From: a virus
Taxonomy: Duplodnaviria > Heunggongvirae > Uroviricota > Caudoviricetes
DNA length: 44,699 nt
Direction: 5' to 3' (one strand)
IMG/VR virus record: IMGVR_UViG_2684622541_000016
Positions 21,618-30,361 of the stretch are shown here, piece by piece. How positions within the stretch are numbered: the stretch's first letter is position 1; the number at the start of each line of letters is the position of its first letter. The notes under the pieces were generated by a model that made no database searches, was not told the DNA's origin, and was given only the letters and a program-made list of their open reading frames with translations. The position numbers and the translations under genes were made by a program.

Positions 21618-22380
21618 GCATGATCTCCACCATGCGCTGCGTCATTCGGACAAATCCATTTTCAATAGCCTGCTGATAATCAATGATCACCAGCGCCGAC
21701 TCCTCGAAAAGGCACTGAATTTCAGCGGGGGCATGAGCGTAATAGTCCGCAATTCTGCTGAAATTAAACACCGTGTGACGTTCTGCTGCACACAGGAGGA
21801 ATTTCTCAATATCAGGATCAAGGGACGCCGAACGTATCCGGCTGATCAGCTCCTGAGTTTTCGTATCGTCGTACAGTTCACTGATATCCGGTTTACCGCC
21901 TGACGGCTCATAAACAGGCGTATCAATTTTCGTCGTATACGGCTCCTCCTCATTTCCTGTACCGGGCAAAACATCCGTCAACAGTTCATCAATTTCTGCC
22001 GGGATGAAGCCTGTCAGGGAGACATCAAAATCAGCATTGATTAGGTCCGACAGCTCCATCCGCAACAGATCTTCATCCCAGCCAGCATTCATCGGCAGGC
22101 GATTATCTGCCAGGCGGTACGCCTTTTTCTGCTCATCCGTCAGGCCAGACAGAACAATGACCGGAACAGAATCCATTTTGAGCATTTCAGCCGCCATAAC
22201 ACGACCGTGACCCGCAATAATTTCGCCCTTTTCGTCAATCAGCACCGGATTAGTCCAGCCGAATTGCTTAATACTTTCTACCAGTTGTGCCACCTGCTCA
22301 GTACTGTGCGTCCTGGCGTTGTGCGCATACGGTGACAATTCTTGTAATGGGCGATAGACTATCTTTAATTTCTCGCTCAT
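21592..22380 (-). CDS. ParB-like nuclease domain (ParB/Srx fold) protein
   Basis: 262 aa ORF; N-terminus ...YRPLQELSPYAHNARTHSTEQVAQLVESIKQFGWTNPVLIDEKGEIIAGHGRVMAA... fits the ParB N-terminal domain pattern (GHGR motif). Confidence 0.75.
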   Translation of the reverse strand: MSEKLKIVYRPLQELSPYAHNARTHSTEQVAQLVESIKQFGWTNPVLIDEKGEIIAGHGRVMAAEMLKMDSVPVIVLSGLTDEQKKAYRLADNRLPMNAGWDEDLLRMELSDLINADFDVSLTGFIPAEIDELLTDVLPGTGNEEEPYTTKIDTPVYEPSGGKPDISELYDDTKTQELISRIRSASLDPDIEKFLLCAAERHTVFNFSRIADYYAHAPAEIQCLFEESALVIIDYQQAIENGFVRMTQRMVEIMHGGEEEYA

Positions 22381-22394
22381 ACAGCCTTGCTTTA

Positions 22395-22431
22395 TGAATA
22401 AAACGCACCCCAGCAGCCAGTGCTACTGGGG
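22395..22431 (-). terminator. Intrinsic terminator downstream of trkG
   Basis: Stem ccccag / ctgggg (22408-22413 and 22426-22431); the minus-strand T-rich tract corresponds to plus 22395-22403. Confidence 0.4.
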
Positions 22432-22517
22432 GCGGAGGTGTTGCTGGTAAAGTTAGGTATTGGATCAATGAGTGAGTCAACATAATATTAAACTCACAAT
22501 TATAAATCAGCCATATA

Positions 22518-23975
22518 TTAGGAGCGCCAAAAAAAACCTGAAAACAATATAATAACAGGATAAATTTCAAGGCGACCAAGAATCATAGCTATGCACATTA
22601 AATATTTTGCAATGTCATTAAGCACTCCGAATGACGATGCAGTAGCCCCAAAACCTAATCCCATATTATTAATACATGCAGCCACTGTTGCAAATGATGT
22701 AAGAAAATCATATCCCATACCATTTAACACCAGTATAAAAAACACCGTGAAGAGAGTATAAAGAAAAAAGAAACTCCATACAGACCTCATTACACGATCT
22801 GTAACTATCTTCCCTCCTACATTTACACTCAACAACGCTCTGGGATGAGAAAGCTGATTTATCTCGTGTTTGCTTTGTTTGAAAAGTATAAGAAATCGAA
22901 GTGACTTAATTCCACCACAGGTTGAACCTATACATCCCCCAAAGAAACTTGACAACAGCAAAAACACTATCGTGTGCGTGGGCCAGTTTGCATAATCCTG
23001 CGTAGCTAAACCATTATCAGTGAGCATGGAGCTGGCAAGAAAAAACGAATGAATAAAACTTCCATGCAAGTCATACATACCTATATGCCAGACCTGGAAA
23101 GAGGTAACAATGATCACCCCTAAGGCTATTAACAGAAAGAAACGAAGTTCAATATCTCTGATTAAAGGTTTTATCGTTTTTCTGCTAATAACAATATACC
23201 AAAGAGTGAAGTTGAAAGCCGATAGCAGGGAAAAAGAACCAGCCACCAGCTCAACCAAATAGTTATTAAAATATCCGATACTCTCGCTATGAGTTGAGAA
23301 ACCACCAAGCGAAACTGTGGAAATCCCGTGACAAATAGCATCAAACAAAGGCATTCCTGCAAGTCTATAACAGACAATACAAGCAATACCTAATAAAGAA
23401 TAAGTTATCCACAGTGTCCGTGACGTATCGGCCAGGCGGGGAGTGAGTTTGTCATCCTTAAATGGCCCCGGCATTTCTGACTGATAAAGCTTTGCACCAC
23501 CAATACCCAATAATGGCAATACTGCAACCGCCAGAACAATAACTCCTAAACCACCTATAAAATTTAACTGTGACCGATAGTACAAATATGCCCGAGGTAA
23601 TGAACTAACATCATCAATTACAGTTGCTCCTGTTGTTGTTATTCCAGAAACCCCTTCAAACAGAGCATCAATGAACGTTAAATTAAGTTCTGAGTCAATC
23701 CATAAAGGGAATGCACTAATAACAGAAAACAAAATCCAAAACATTACAATTATAATAAACCCATCACGGGTACGTAATTGAATGCCAGATTTCTTAGTTG
23801 TATACCACGCTCCGCCACCAATGCAAAAAAATATAACGAAAGTTATAAAGAAAACGAACAGGCTTTTTTCTTTATAAAACAATGCTACAACCATTGGTGG
23901 CAACATTGAAAGACTATAGAGCCAAACCAGGAACCCACACATATGAGTAACAACTCTTACATGAGATGTATTCAT
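22518..23975 (-). CDS. trkG: Trk-system potassium uptake protein TrkG (TrkH/KtrB family)
   Basis: Polytopic membrane protein with repeated glycine-containing selectivity-filter-like motifs (GITTTG, GGLG, GGFS, GLGF); 485 aa from MNTSHV; AT-rich; the Rac prophage of K-12 carries trkG at this position. Confidence 0.9.
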   Translation of the reverse strand: MNTSHVRVVTHMCGFLVWLYSLSMLPPMVVALFYKEKSLFVFFITFVIFFCIGGGAWYTTKKSGIQLRTRDGFIIIVMFWILFSVISAFPLWIDSELNLTFIDALFEGVSGITTTGATVIDDVSSLPRAYLYYRSQLNFIGGLGVIVLAVAVLPLLGIGGAKLYQSEMPGPFKDDKLTPRLADTSRTLWITYSLLGIACIVCYRLAGMPLFDAICHGISTVSLGGFSTHSESIGYFNNYLVELVAGSFSLLSAFNFTLWYIVISRKTIKPLIRDIELRFFLLIALGVIIVTSFQVWHIGMYDLHGSFIHSFFLASSMLTDNGLATQDYANWPTHTIVFLLLSSFFGGCIGSTCGGIKSLRFLILFKQSKHEINQLSHPRALLSVNVGGKIVTDRVMRSVWSFFFLYTLFTVFFILVLNGMGYDFLTSFATVAACINNMGLGFGATASSFGVLNDIAKYLMCIAMILGRLEIYPVIILFSGFFWRS

Positions 23976-24112
23976 ATCTAAATATTCTTTCAATTATAAC
24001 CACCTTGCTGCAATATTATGATTATACTGTATAAAATTTAACTCCTCTTAGATCTTACTTCACTGTTCCTTATGAAACAATCATCAAAATGAATCATATT
24101 GTAGTTAAGATT

Positions 24113-24589
24113 TTACTTTAAACACTGCTCGGTTATGTATTGCTGAGCACCTTCAAGTTGGGCCTGCATCATTACCAGTCGTTCCCGGAGGGTGAAATAA
24201 TCCCGTTCAGCGGTGTCTGCCAGTCGGGGGGAGGCTGCATTATCCACGCCGGAGGCGGTGGTGGCTTCACGCACTGACTGACAGACTGCTTTGATGTGCA
24301 ACCGACGACGACCAGCGGCAACATCATCACGCAGAGCATCATTTTCAGCTTTCGCATCAGCTAACTCCTTCGTGTATTTTGCATCGAGCGCAGCAACATC
24401 ACGCTGACGCATCTGCATGTCAGTAATTGCCGCGTTCGCCAGCTTCAGTTCTCTGGCATTTTTGTCGCGCTGGGCTTTGTAGGTAATGGCGTTATCACGG
24501 TAATGATTAACAGCCCATGACAGGCAGACGATGATGCAGATAACCAGAGCGGAGATAATCGCGGTTACTCTGTTCATTGCTGACCCCAC
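24113..24589 (-). CDS. i-spanin Rz
   Basis: 158 aa ORF with N-terminal transmembrane segment and coiled-coil periplasmic domain; follows the endolysin gene with overlap. Confidence 0.85.
   Translation of the reverse strand: MGSAMNRVTAIISALVICIIVCLSWAVNHYRDNAITYKAQRDKNARELKLANAAITDMQMRQRDVAALDAKYTKELADAKAENDALRDDVAAGRRRLHIKAVCQSVREATTASGVDNAASPRLADTAERDYFTLRERLVMMQAQLEGAQQYITEQCLK
24172..24357 (-). CDS. o-spanin Rz1 lipoprotein, embedded in Rz in the +1 frame
   Basis: 61 aa [26 protein letters not shown]... with lipobox VVGC and proline-rich mature region (PPPPPAW...PPPDW). Confidence 0.8.
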   Translation of the reverse strand: MRKLKMMLCVMMLPLVVVGCTSKQSVSQCVKPPPPPAWIMQPPPDWQTPLNGIISPSGNDW

Positions 24590-25077
24590 AAACAGATTTC
24601 ACGCTCAATCTCACGACGAGTCATGAGACCTTTCCATTGCTTACCGCCAGCATATGTCCAGCGACGTAGCTGATCACATGCGCCTTTGATATCGCCCTGG
24701 TTTATTTTGCGAAGAAGCGTCGATNNNNNNNNNNNNNNNNNNNNNNNNNNNNNNNNNNNNNNNNNNNNNNNNNNNNNNNNNNNNNNNNNNNNNNNNNNNN
24801 NNNNNNNNNNNNNNNNNNNNNNNNNNNNNNNNNNNNNNNNNNNNNNNNNNNNNNNNNNNNNNNNNNNNNNNNNNNNNNNNNNNNNNNNNNNNNNNNNNNN
24901 NNNNNNNNNNNNNNNNNNNNNNNNNNNNNNNNNNNNNNNNNNNNNNNNNNNNNNNNNNNNNNNNNNNNNNNNNTCCAGACCATCGTTACCACTTGGGCCA
25001 GTGATTAACACTGATGCTATAGCAATTGCTCCGCCACCAATAGCAGCAGCAACGACTTTTCGTAATGATGGAGGCAT
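24574..25077 (-). CDS. SAR endolysin (lysozyme, phage 21 R type); interrupted by a 249-nt N run
   Basis: N-terminus [34 protein letters not shown] is a signal-anchor-release-like segment; the C-terminus resembles the lysozyme family; start overlaps the holin stop (ATGA). Confidence 0.75.
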   Translation of the reverse strand: MPPSLRKVVAAAIGGGAIAIASVLITGPSGNDGLXXXXXXXXXXXXXXXXXXXXXXXXXXXXXXXXXXXXXXXXXXXXXXXXXXXXXXXXXXXXXXXXXXXXXXXXXXXXXXXXXXXXSTLLRKINQGDIKGACDQLRRWTYAGGKQWKGLMTRREIEREICLWGQQ

Positions 25078-25292
25078 TATTCACCTCTCGCAGCCTTGCG
25101 CTTATCTTCTTTAATCTTGAAATAAAGGTTTGTCAGGTACGTCAGCAGGCCAAATACCAGACTACCCAGCACACCGATTGCAGCCCACTGTGACGGAGTT
25201 ACTCTATCGAGCAACTGTAAAAACCAGTAGCCAGCACTGCCTGCGGAGGTGCCGTAGGCAATGCCTGTTGAAATTTTGTCCATGGATTTCAT
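25077..25292 (-). CDS. Pinholin S (phage 21 S21 type), dual-start holin/antiholin
   Basis: [31 protein letters not shown]...[13 protein letters not shown], 71 aa, matches S21 as recalled; GGAGG ribosome binding site before the start; dual-start motif M-K-S-M. Confidence 0.85.
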   Translation of the reverse strand: MKSMDKISTGIAYGTSAGSAGYWFLQLLDRVTPSQWAAIGVLGSLVFGLLTYLTNLYFKIKEDKRKAARGE

Positions 25293-25543
25293 AGCCTCAC
25301 CTCCGCACGGAACGGATGGCATAGTTATTATGTGTAGGCTTTCAGACACATCAATCAGAGCCTTAATTGATATATATGCTGGAGACGATGCAATATAAAA
25401 AGCTCGCCGTAGCGAGCTAATAAAATGTATTTCTCTGATATTATGTTTATTTGTATTAGCTCAGACTTGACATCACAGGTTTCGTATATAGAACATCATC
25501 AAATCTGTCAGTTTGCTATGAATGAGATATAGTAATTGAAGAG

Positions 25544-25939
25544 CTAACCTCGCATGTCAAAGCCAGATTTCTGAAAATCTCTGTAGACTTCCGGATTGTT
25601 GAAGGCCGGAAATTTGGCTTTATGAGCTGCGGACTTTATCGCTTCGCAATAGGCTTTATCACCGTTACTGGTAGATATTTTTAACGCCGTGCCATCCTGA
25701 GAGAATTCCATATGCAACCTGCATTTTTTCCCTTTCCAGTTATGCGGCTCATCAAGTTTGGCATTAATTGCAGCTCTGATTCCCCGCGCTTGCGCCCCCC
25801 ATTCATCCTGATCATCCCAGCGTCCTGAACTGCAACTACCTGTAGCAGTAGTTTTGTGGCAATCTGAAGGGTGTAAAGGTGTGCATCCCGCAACAAAACC
25901 GACCCAAAAAGTCAACATAACGATTTTCTTTAATCCCAC
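25544..25939 (-). CDS. Lipoprotein with TolA C-terminal domain (domain III)-like fold
   Basis: GTG start with GAGGAG ribosome binding site; signal peptide plus lipobox VAGC; C-terminal ...KGKKCRLHMEFSQDGTALKISTSNGDKAYCEAIKSAAHKAKFPAFNNPEVYRDFQKSGF... parallels the TolA domain III pattern and is a paralogue of the next gene. Confidence 0.6.
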   Translation of the reverse strand: MGLKKIVMLTFWVGFVAGCTPLHPSDCHKTTATGSCSSGRWDDQDEWGAQARGIRAAINAKLDEPHNWKGKKCRLHMEFSQDGTALKISTSNGDKAYCEAIKSAAHKAKFPAFNNPEVYRDFQKSGFDMRG

Positions 25940-26089
25940 TTCTTGCTCCTCAATCCATTAAAATCTCAGCAATAGTAGTTGTTACGTCCGCCACTGGCTC
26001 AGAGCTGACTATCCGCTAAATTTAGCTCAGTGCCGTAGCTGTGTCAGAACAAACCTAAGCCGAAACCGTTTATTACAAAACAATAAATA

Positions 26090-26518
26090 TCAGGGTTTAA
26101 AATCCAGCACCCCATTTTGAAATACTTTATATACTTCCGGCGAAGGGGGGGCAGGTATATCAGCATTCTTTATCGCATTCATCGCTTCACGACATAAATC
26201 GAGGTCTCCACTTTCTCTTTTAACCTCCAGTAGAAGGCCATTCGGGGCCATATGCATTCTCAGTGTACACTCTTTTCCTGAATACTTACTCGCATCCCCG
26301 AACTGTTTTTCGATGGCGCTCTTGATTTGATGGGCATACAGACGGATATCCTCACTAACATCAGAAGTACGTTCAGATGAACTCACATACTGTGTCTCTA
26401 TTGCTTTATCGGAGTAATATGATGTACGGTCATGATAATTTGTCGATACAGCATCAGTGCACCCGATAATAATCCCACTAATAATCAACGTAAGAATTGA
26501 TGCGCTACGAAAACCCAT
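26090..26518 (-). CDS. Lipoprotein with TolA C-terminal domain (domain III)-like domain
   Basis: Signal peptide plus lipobox IIGC; C-terminal ...YAHQIKSAIEKQFGDASKYSGKECTLRMHMAPNGLLLEVKRESGDLDLCREAMNAIKNADIPAPPSPEVYKVFQNGVLDFKP closely parallels E. coli TolA domain III as recalled. Confidence 0.7.
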   Translation of the reverse strand: MGFRSASILTLIISGIIIGCTDAVSTNYHDRTSYYSDKAIETQYVSSSERTSDVSEDIRLYAHQIKSAIEKQFGDASKYSGKECTLRMHMAPNGLLLEVKRESGDLDLCREAMNAIKNADIPAPPSPEVYKVFQNGVLDFKP

Positions 26519-27107
26519 TTTTCCTCACATATGTCATATAGTAAAGGATTATATATACCGTTGTTTTGGACGCTCAAACAGCGAATCAGATCAAATAAAA
26601 CGCACATTTGTTAACATTTACACAAAGTCTGCGTGGGATATTCTGAAAGAATATCCATAATGTGGAGAGAATCTATTGAAGTGCATGGTGCCGGGTGCCT
26701 CCCGGTGAACAAAATGTTCGTGATACCTGTCGGCGACAGAAAAGGTTAATGGTATCACCCCACCGCACAGGGGGATTCACCATGCAGGAGTTTTCTTAGC
26801 AAACTCACTGCGCGCCCGGCAACTCCCAACCACATAAAATGCGGAGTTTGTGGCATTTATGCATATAACTCGCAGGAATTATCTTAAAAAACTGATGTCG
26901 ATCCGGATTAAAAAGAAGCAGGTCATCATCAGATGACTGGAAAAAAGGAAAACAAAAAATACTCATCATACAGTTTTGATTGCAGGGATGAGCCTGCTAT
27001 GCACAATATGCAGAATATAAGCAAGATAAAAATATGCAGGCATATTATTTCGGATCTTGTTATTAACACAACCTTTTTAATAATCATTTGGCATACAATA
27101 AACCAGC

Positions 27108-27135
27108 CCAAAAAGAACCGCCTAAACAGGCGGTT
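27108..27135 (-). terminator. Intrinsic terminator in the Q-to-lysis intergenic region
   Basis: 8-bp stem aaccgcct / aggcggtt with loop aaac, followed on the minus strand by CTTTTT. Confidence 0.35.
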
Positions 27136-27455
27136 GGTCAATACAAAGGATGCTTCGTCTTTATTATAGTAATCTGAGGCGTCGGGTGTCTTGTATCAGA
27201 CAACATATTGTCCCGCTAAACAGCGAATTACAAACCACCCTGCAATGATCTCTCATCTCATTTTATATGAGTTGACGACATCAGGATAACGCATCATCAG
27301 CCCCTGCCAAGAAATATCAAAACTCCCGCCAGCAATGTGTTATCACAATATTGTAAAAAAAACACAGCACCGAAACTATAACTGGTCTCTGTTATAATTT
27401 GGAGCAGAAAGACCAGTTGCCCAACTAGCAGCATTCTCCCCTGCTTTCCTGACGT

Positions 27456-27482
27456 AAAAAAACCGCATTAAGCGGTTTTTTT
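27456..27482 (-). terminator. Bidirectional intrinsic terminator about 80 nt downstream of the Q-like gene (tR-prime candidate)
   Basis: aaaaaaaccgcattaagcggttttttt: GC stem accgc / gcggt flanked by an A-run and a T-run. Confidence 0.5.
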
Positions 27483-27562
27483 ACGATGTCCATGTCTGCA
27501 ATCCGCCTCGCGATACAGCTTTGCGAAGCATAGCAAAATTGAAGCAGTTTATACGTAAGAAA

Positions 27563-28105
27563 TCAAGCCATTTTCTCAGCAAATGATTCACGCATGGGAA
27601 TATATAGGGCATACTCAGCAACAGCTAACCAATTAGCAATCCGTTTTTCGCATGTGCTAAAACACCACTCTGGGTGTGCATCATTTAGCAATTCAGCCAT
27701 TTTGCGCTTAGTCATCCCCCGCCCTTCATAGCGTTGCCGGAGAATGCAAATCAATCCTGGATGCTCTGCCAGCACCTCACTTATGACTCGATCAATACAT
27801 AACGCCTCTGCATCAGTACAATGCGCCAGCCAGCTCTTTTGCTTGCCGTTGATCATCTCTCGCAAAAACGCTTCCAGCTCAGCTTTCTCTATTCCCGCTT
27901 TTTTCATTCTGCGCAGGGCTTCATTAATGGCTGTTTTCGTCAGTTTTTTGGATGCCAACAACTGATTGAACATATTCCCTGACCTGCCACCGCCAATATA
28001 CGACCAGCGCCCCCACATACGTAGTTTTCCCTGAATCCAGACACTTTCCAGCGTGGTGAGGCGAAGGTGTTCTCCGCTTTTTCCTGTATTCGTTGGGTAA
28101 ATCAT
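27563..28105 (-). CDS. Putative late-gene antiterminator (Q-like), assigned mainly by position
   Basis: 180 aa ORF immediately upstream of the terminator hairpins and lysis cassette, downstream of nin-like genes; overlaps the previous gene by 4 nt. Family not recognised with certainty. Confidence 0.45.
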   Translation of the reverse strand: MIYPTNTGKSGEHLRLTTLESVWIQGKLRMWGRWSYIGGGRSGNMFNQLLASKKLTKTAINEALRRMKKAGIEKAELEAFLREMINGKQKSWLAHCTDAEALCIDRVISEVLAEHPGLICILRQRYEGRGMTKRKMAELLNDAHPEWCFSTCEKRIANWLAVAEYALYIPMRESFAEKMA

Positions 28106-28392
28106 AAATGACCTTTCTTTCTCCAGATTTCTTGTGTGCGAAAAACCCCTTCAGCATGCATCAGGCGCAATTCTTCTTTGGTGTAATCGCTGGTTTTTAC
28201 CCGCCCGTCGATTAGATCGTGGCATGAGCTACAGGCTATCGCCGCCTGCATATCATGTGGTTTTGTCGCTGTTCCGCACGTCCCCGCCAGCCTGTAATGC
28301 GCCAGCACAGAGGTTTCGGGATTGTGATTGCAGTAGCCAGGGATTCTGATCTGGCACATCTGGCCTTTAGCCGCTTTACGTAAATTCACCAT
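28102..28392 (-). CDS. YbcO-like nin-region protein (DUF1364-like, Cys-rich putative nuclease)
   Basis: 96 aa ORF with several Cys (C-x6-C...C-x2-C); same size and position as ybcO of prophage DLP12 (from memory). Confidence 0.55.
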   Translation of the reverse strand: MVNLRKAAKGQMCQIRIPGYCNHNPETSVLAHYRLAGTCGTATKPHDMQAAIACSSCHDLIDGRVKTSDYTKEELRLMHAEGVFRTQEIWRKKGHL

Positions 28393-28991
28393 TACGCAAA
28401 CTCCAGTAGTTGTGCGGCCACATTTTCAACTTCCTCCTGAGAGGAGAATTTACGGAACAGAATCCAGTTCCACAGCACATTCAGTACAGATTTATAAACC
28501 TGCTGAAACTCGACTTCGTCCATATTCGCAAAAGCGATGGATTTTGCCCGACGCCCACGGCTACCGTCCGGATAAATATGCTCGGTGTAAAATCCGGCCT
28601 GAATGGTTACCCACTCGCGGAAAGCCTCAAACGACTTTAGCAACGCCGTATCCCGGGTTCTACGAGTCGCAACGGTGTTAAGGTATTGCTCTGCGGCATC
28701 ACTCAGGGCTGGCGTGTGTTCCCGACCAACTGATTCGCACAGGTAATCAACGAAACCAGACAGCAGTTCTCGTTCGCGAGGCGTGATCGCCCCACCGACC
28801 GGAGTCCAGTAATCGAATCCCAGTTGCAGGAGTTTGAAAAAACGCTTGTGGAATGCGTAGTTACGCACACGCTTAAAGTCTGCGTGTATCCACTCACCTA
28901 TTTTGATTTGATGCAGAAAATCGCAACTCTCCGGCGTCGCCGGGAGAAGTAAACCAGAAGAGGTTTGTTTGACCAGTTGTATATGCGCCAT
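28392..28991 (-). CDS. YbcN-like nin-region protein (DUF1367-like)
   Basis: 199 aa ORF translationally coupled to the ybcO-like gene (ATGA overlap); assignment from recollection only. Confidence 0.5.
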   Translation of the reverse strand: MAHIQLVKQTSSGLLLPATPESCDFLHQIKIGEWIHADFKRVRNYAFHKRFFKLLQLGFDYWTPVGGAITPRERELLSGFVDYLCESVGREHTPALSDAAEQYLNTVATRRTRDTALLKSFEAFREWVTIQAGFYTEHIYPDGSRGRRAKSIAFANMDEVEFQQVYKSVLNVLWNWILFRKFSSQEEVENVAAQLLEFA

Positions 28992-29271
28992 TTCTCAATC
29001 TCTCGATGGCGCAGCGCAGCAGATGCCAGTTGTTCAGGCTGACGAATAAAGTATAAATAAACTGGCTATGGTGTAAAGCCCCACATAGCATGAACAAACA
29101 CTACATATCAAATAGCTGGTACAAGGATAGAAATACGACACTTATTATTAAAAACGATTAGATAAATTACATTTTAATGTTATGCAAAAGTTCTTTTTTA
29201 TCATAACATTTCAATAAAAGCATTACAGATGCAATCATCCCGTCATCATCAATTATTTAAGGTGGTTAAAC

Positions 29272-29358
29272 ATGGAAAATAACAAGTTCGCACATCTCGC
29301 TCCTTTTTTATCCGTAATCCTTTTCGCTTGTTGTTTTATATGGGCATTATTTTTATAA
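29272..29358 (+). CDS. Small hydrophobic peptide (28 aa), type I toxin-like
   Basis: AAGGTGG ribosome binding site 6 nt before ATG; MENNKFAHLAPFLSVILFACCFIWALFL has a polar N-terminus and one transmembrane-like helix; lies in AT-rich DNA; not in the ORF track (under 60 aa). Confidence 0.3.
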   Translation: MENNKFAHLAPFLSVILFACCFIWALFL

Positions 29359-29766
29359 AGTAGCCACATGATAAGTTGCTGGAATCATATTTCCCACTCA
29401 AGTCATTAACATTTGATAAGATATATCTAAAAGGACGCCTTTACATTATTTATGCGTATATAATTTATTTATATACACAGTAAAGGTATCCTGGGAAAAT
29501 ATTTATCGTTAAAAAATACATCATAAATAATTAAGCTGAAATTTCAGAACACAACTAATACACACAATAAGGTTCAGTAACAGTAATCTATGTGGACTAC
29601 ATCGAGATTTTTTGATTAAACTTTAATAACTTATTCCTAACACACAGAATGCATAAACTAAAAGTAAAACAAATAGTTATACGAAAAACAACCATATTTA
29701 TTCTATCTTCTCCTCTAATCAACATATCAATTATGTGTTTCATAACAGCTTGACATAACCCTCCAA

Positions 29767-29789
29767 AAGATGCATTTTTAATGCATGTT
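29767..29789 (+). promoter_or_regulatory. NsrR-type operator (11-1-11 inverted repeat) upstream of the yeaR-like gene
   Basis: AAGATGCATTT t TAATGCATGTT: the left half equals the NsrR half-site as recalled (AAGATGCATTT) and the right half matches its complement at 9 of 11 positions; 16 nt upstream of the start codon. Confidence 0.5.
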
Positions 29790-29804
29790 TTGGAGGAGGT
29801 GGTT

Positions 29805-30143
29805 ATGACACACAAGAGAATTCCTAAAGATTGGGTAATCAAACGCTCAACTCCGTTCTTCACAAAAGAGAACGTACCTTCAGCGTTATTAACACATCAT
29901 AATACAGCAGCAGGTGTTTTTGGGCAGTTGTGCGTAATGGAAGGCACTGTAACATATTATGGTTTTACTGATGAGAATGCTACTGAACCGGAGATAAAAG
30001 TAGTCATTAATGCTGGCGCTTTTGCAACAAGCCCACCACAATACTGGCACCGTGTTGAACTAAGCGATGATGCTCAGTTTAATATTAACTTTTGGGTCGC
30101 TCCAGACTTTTCGGGCGAAAAAGTCTATAGCACCAAAAAATAG
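29805..30143 (+). CDS. YeaR-like DUF1971 protein
   Basis: GGAGGAGG ribosome binding site before ATG at 29805; product MTHKRIPKDWVIKRSTPFFTKENVPSALLTHHNTAAGVFGQL...FNINFWVAPD resembles E. coli YeaR (about 119 aa) as recalled. Confidence 0.65.
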   Translation: MTHKRIPKDWVIKRSTPFFTKENVPSALLTHHNTAAGVFGQLCVMEGTVTYYGFTDENATEPEIKVVINAGAFATSPPQYWHRVELSDDAQFNINFWVAPDFSGEKVYSTKK

Positions 30144-30172
30144 ATGATCATATTAAAAATGCTTTAACAGTC

Positions 30173-30209
30173 AGACCCGGCAGGGCTATCCCCGACGGGT
30201 CTCATTTTT
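30173..30209 (+). terminator. Intrinsic terminator after the yeaR-like gene
   Basis: Stem agacccg / cgggtct followed by caTTTTTg. Confidence 0.5.
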
Positions 30210-30361
30210 GTAAATATATTGGTTCTACATTGACAGGAGACTTCAACCATAAGAAGTAATCTGAATACTTGAGCAATAAATTTACTTAAGATTAATGAGC
30301 GCACCTTGCCGGACAAAGATAAACCAAGGTAACACCTTTTTTCTAGCCAGTATGTAATCAA

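Noticed and set aside
22298-22579. 93 aa minus-strand ORF between the ParB-like gene and trkG
   Set aside because: Overlaps the trkG 3-prime end and its terminator hairpin and runs into the ParB-like gene start; likely spurious.
24725-24973. 249-nt run of N inside the endolysin gene
   Set aside because: An assembly or masking gap; the flanking N- and C-terminal parts of the endolysin are in frame, so it is treated as one gene.
26929-27141. 70 aa hydrophobic minus-strand ORF and overlapping 78 aa plus-strand ORF in the Q-lysis intergenic region
   Set aside because: AT-rich low-complexity translation that runs through a terminator hairpin; no ribosome binding site recognised.
26519-27562. Search for tRNA genes in the Q-lysis intergenic region (common in some lambdoid phages)
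   Set aside because: No cloverleaf-compatible sequence or T-arm/anticodon-arm signatures recognised by eye; only hairpins and terminators.
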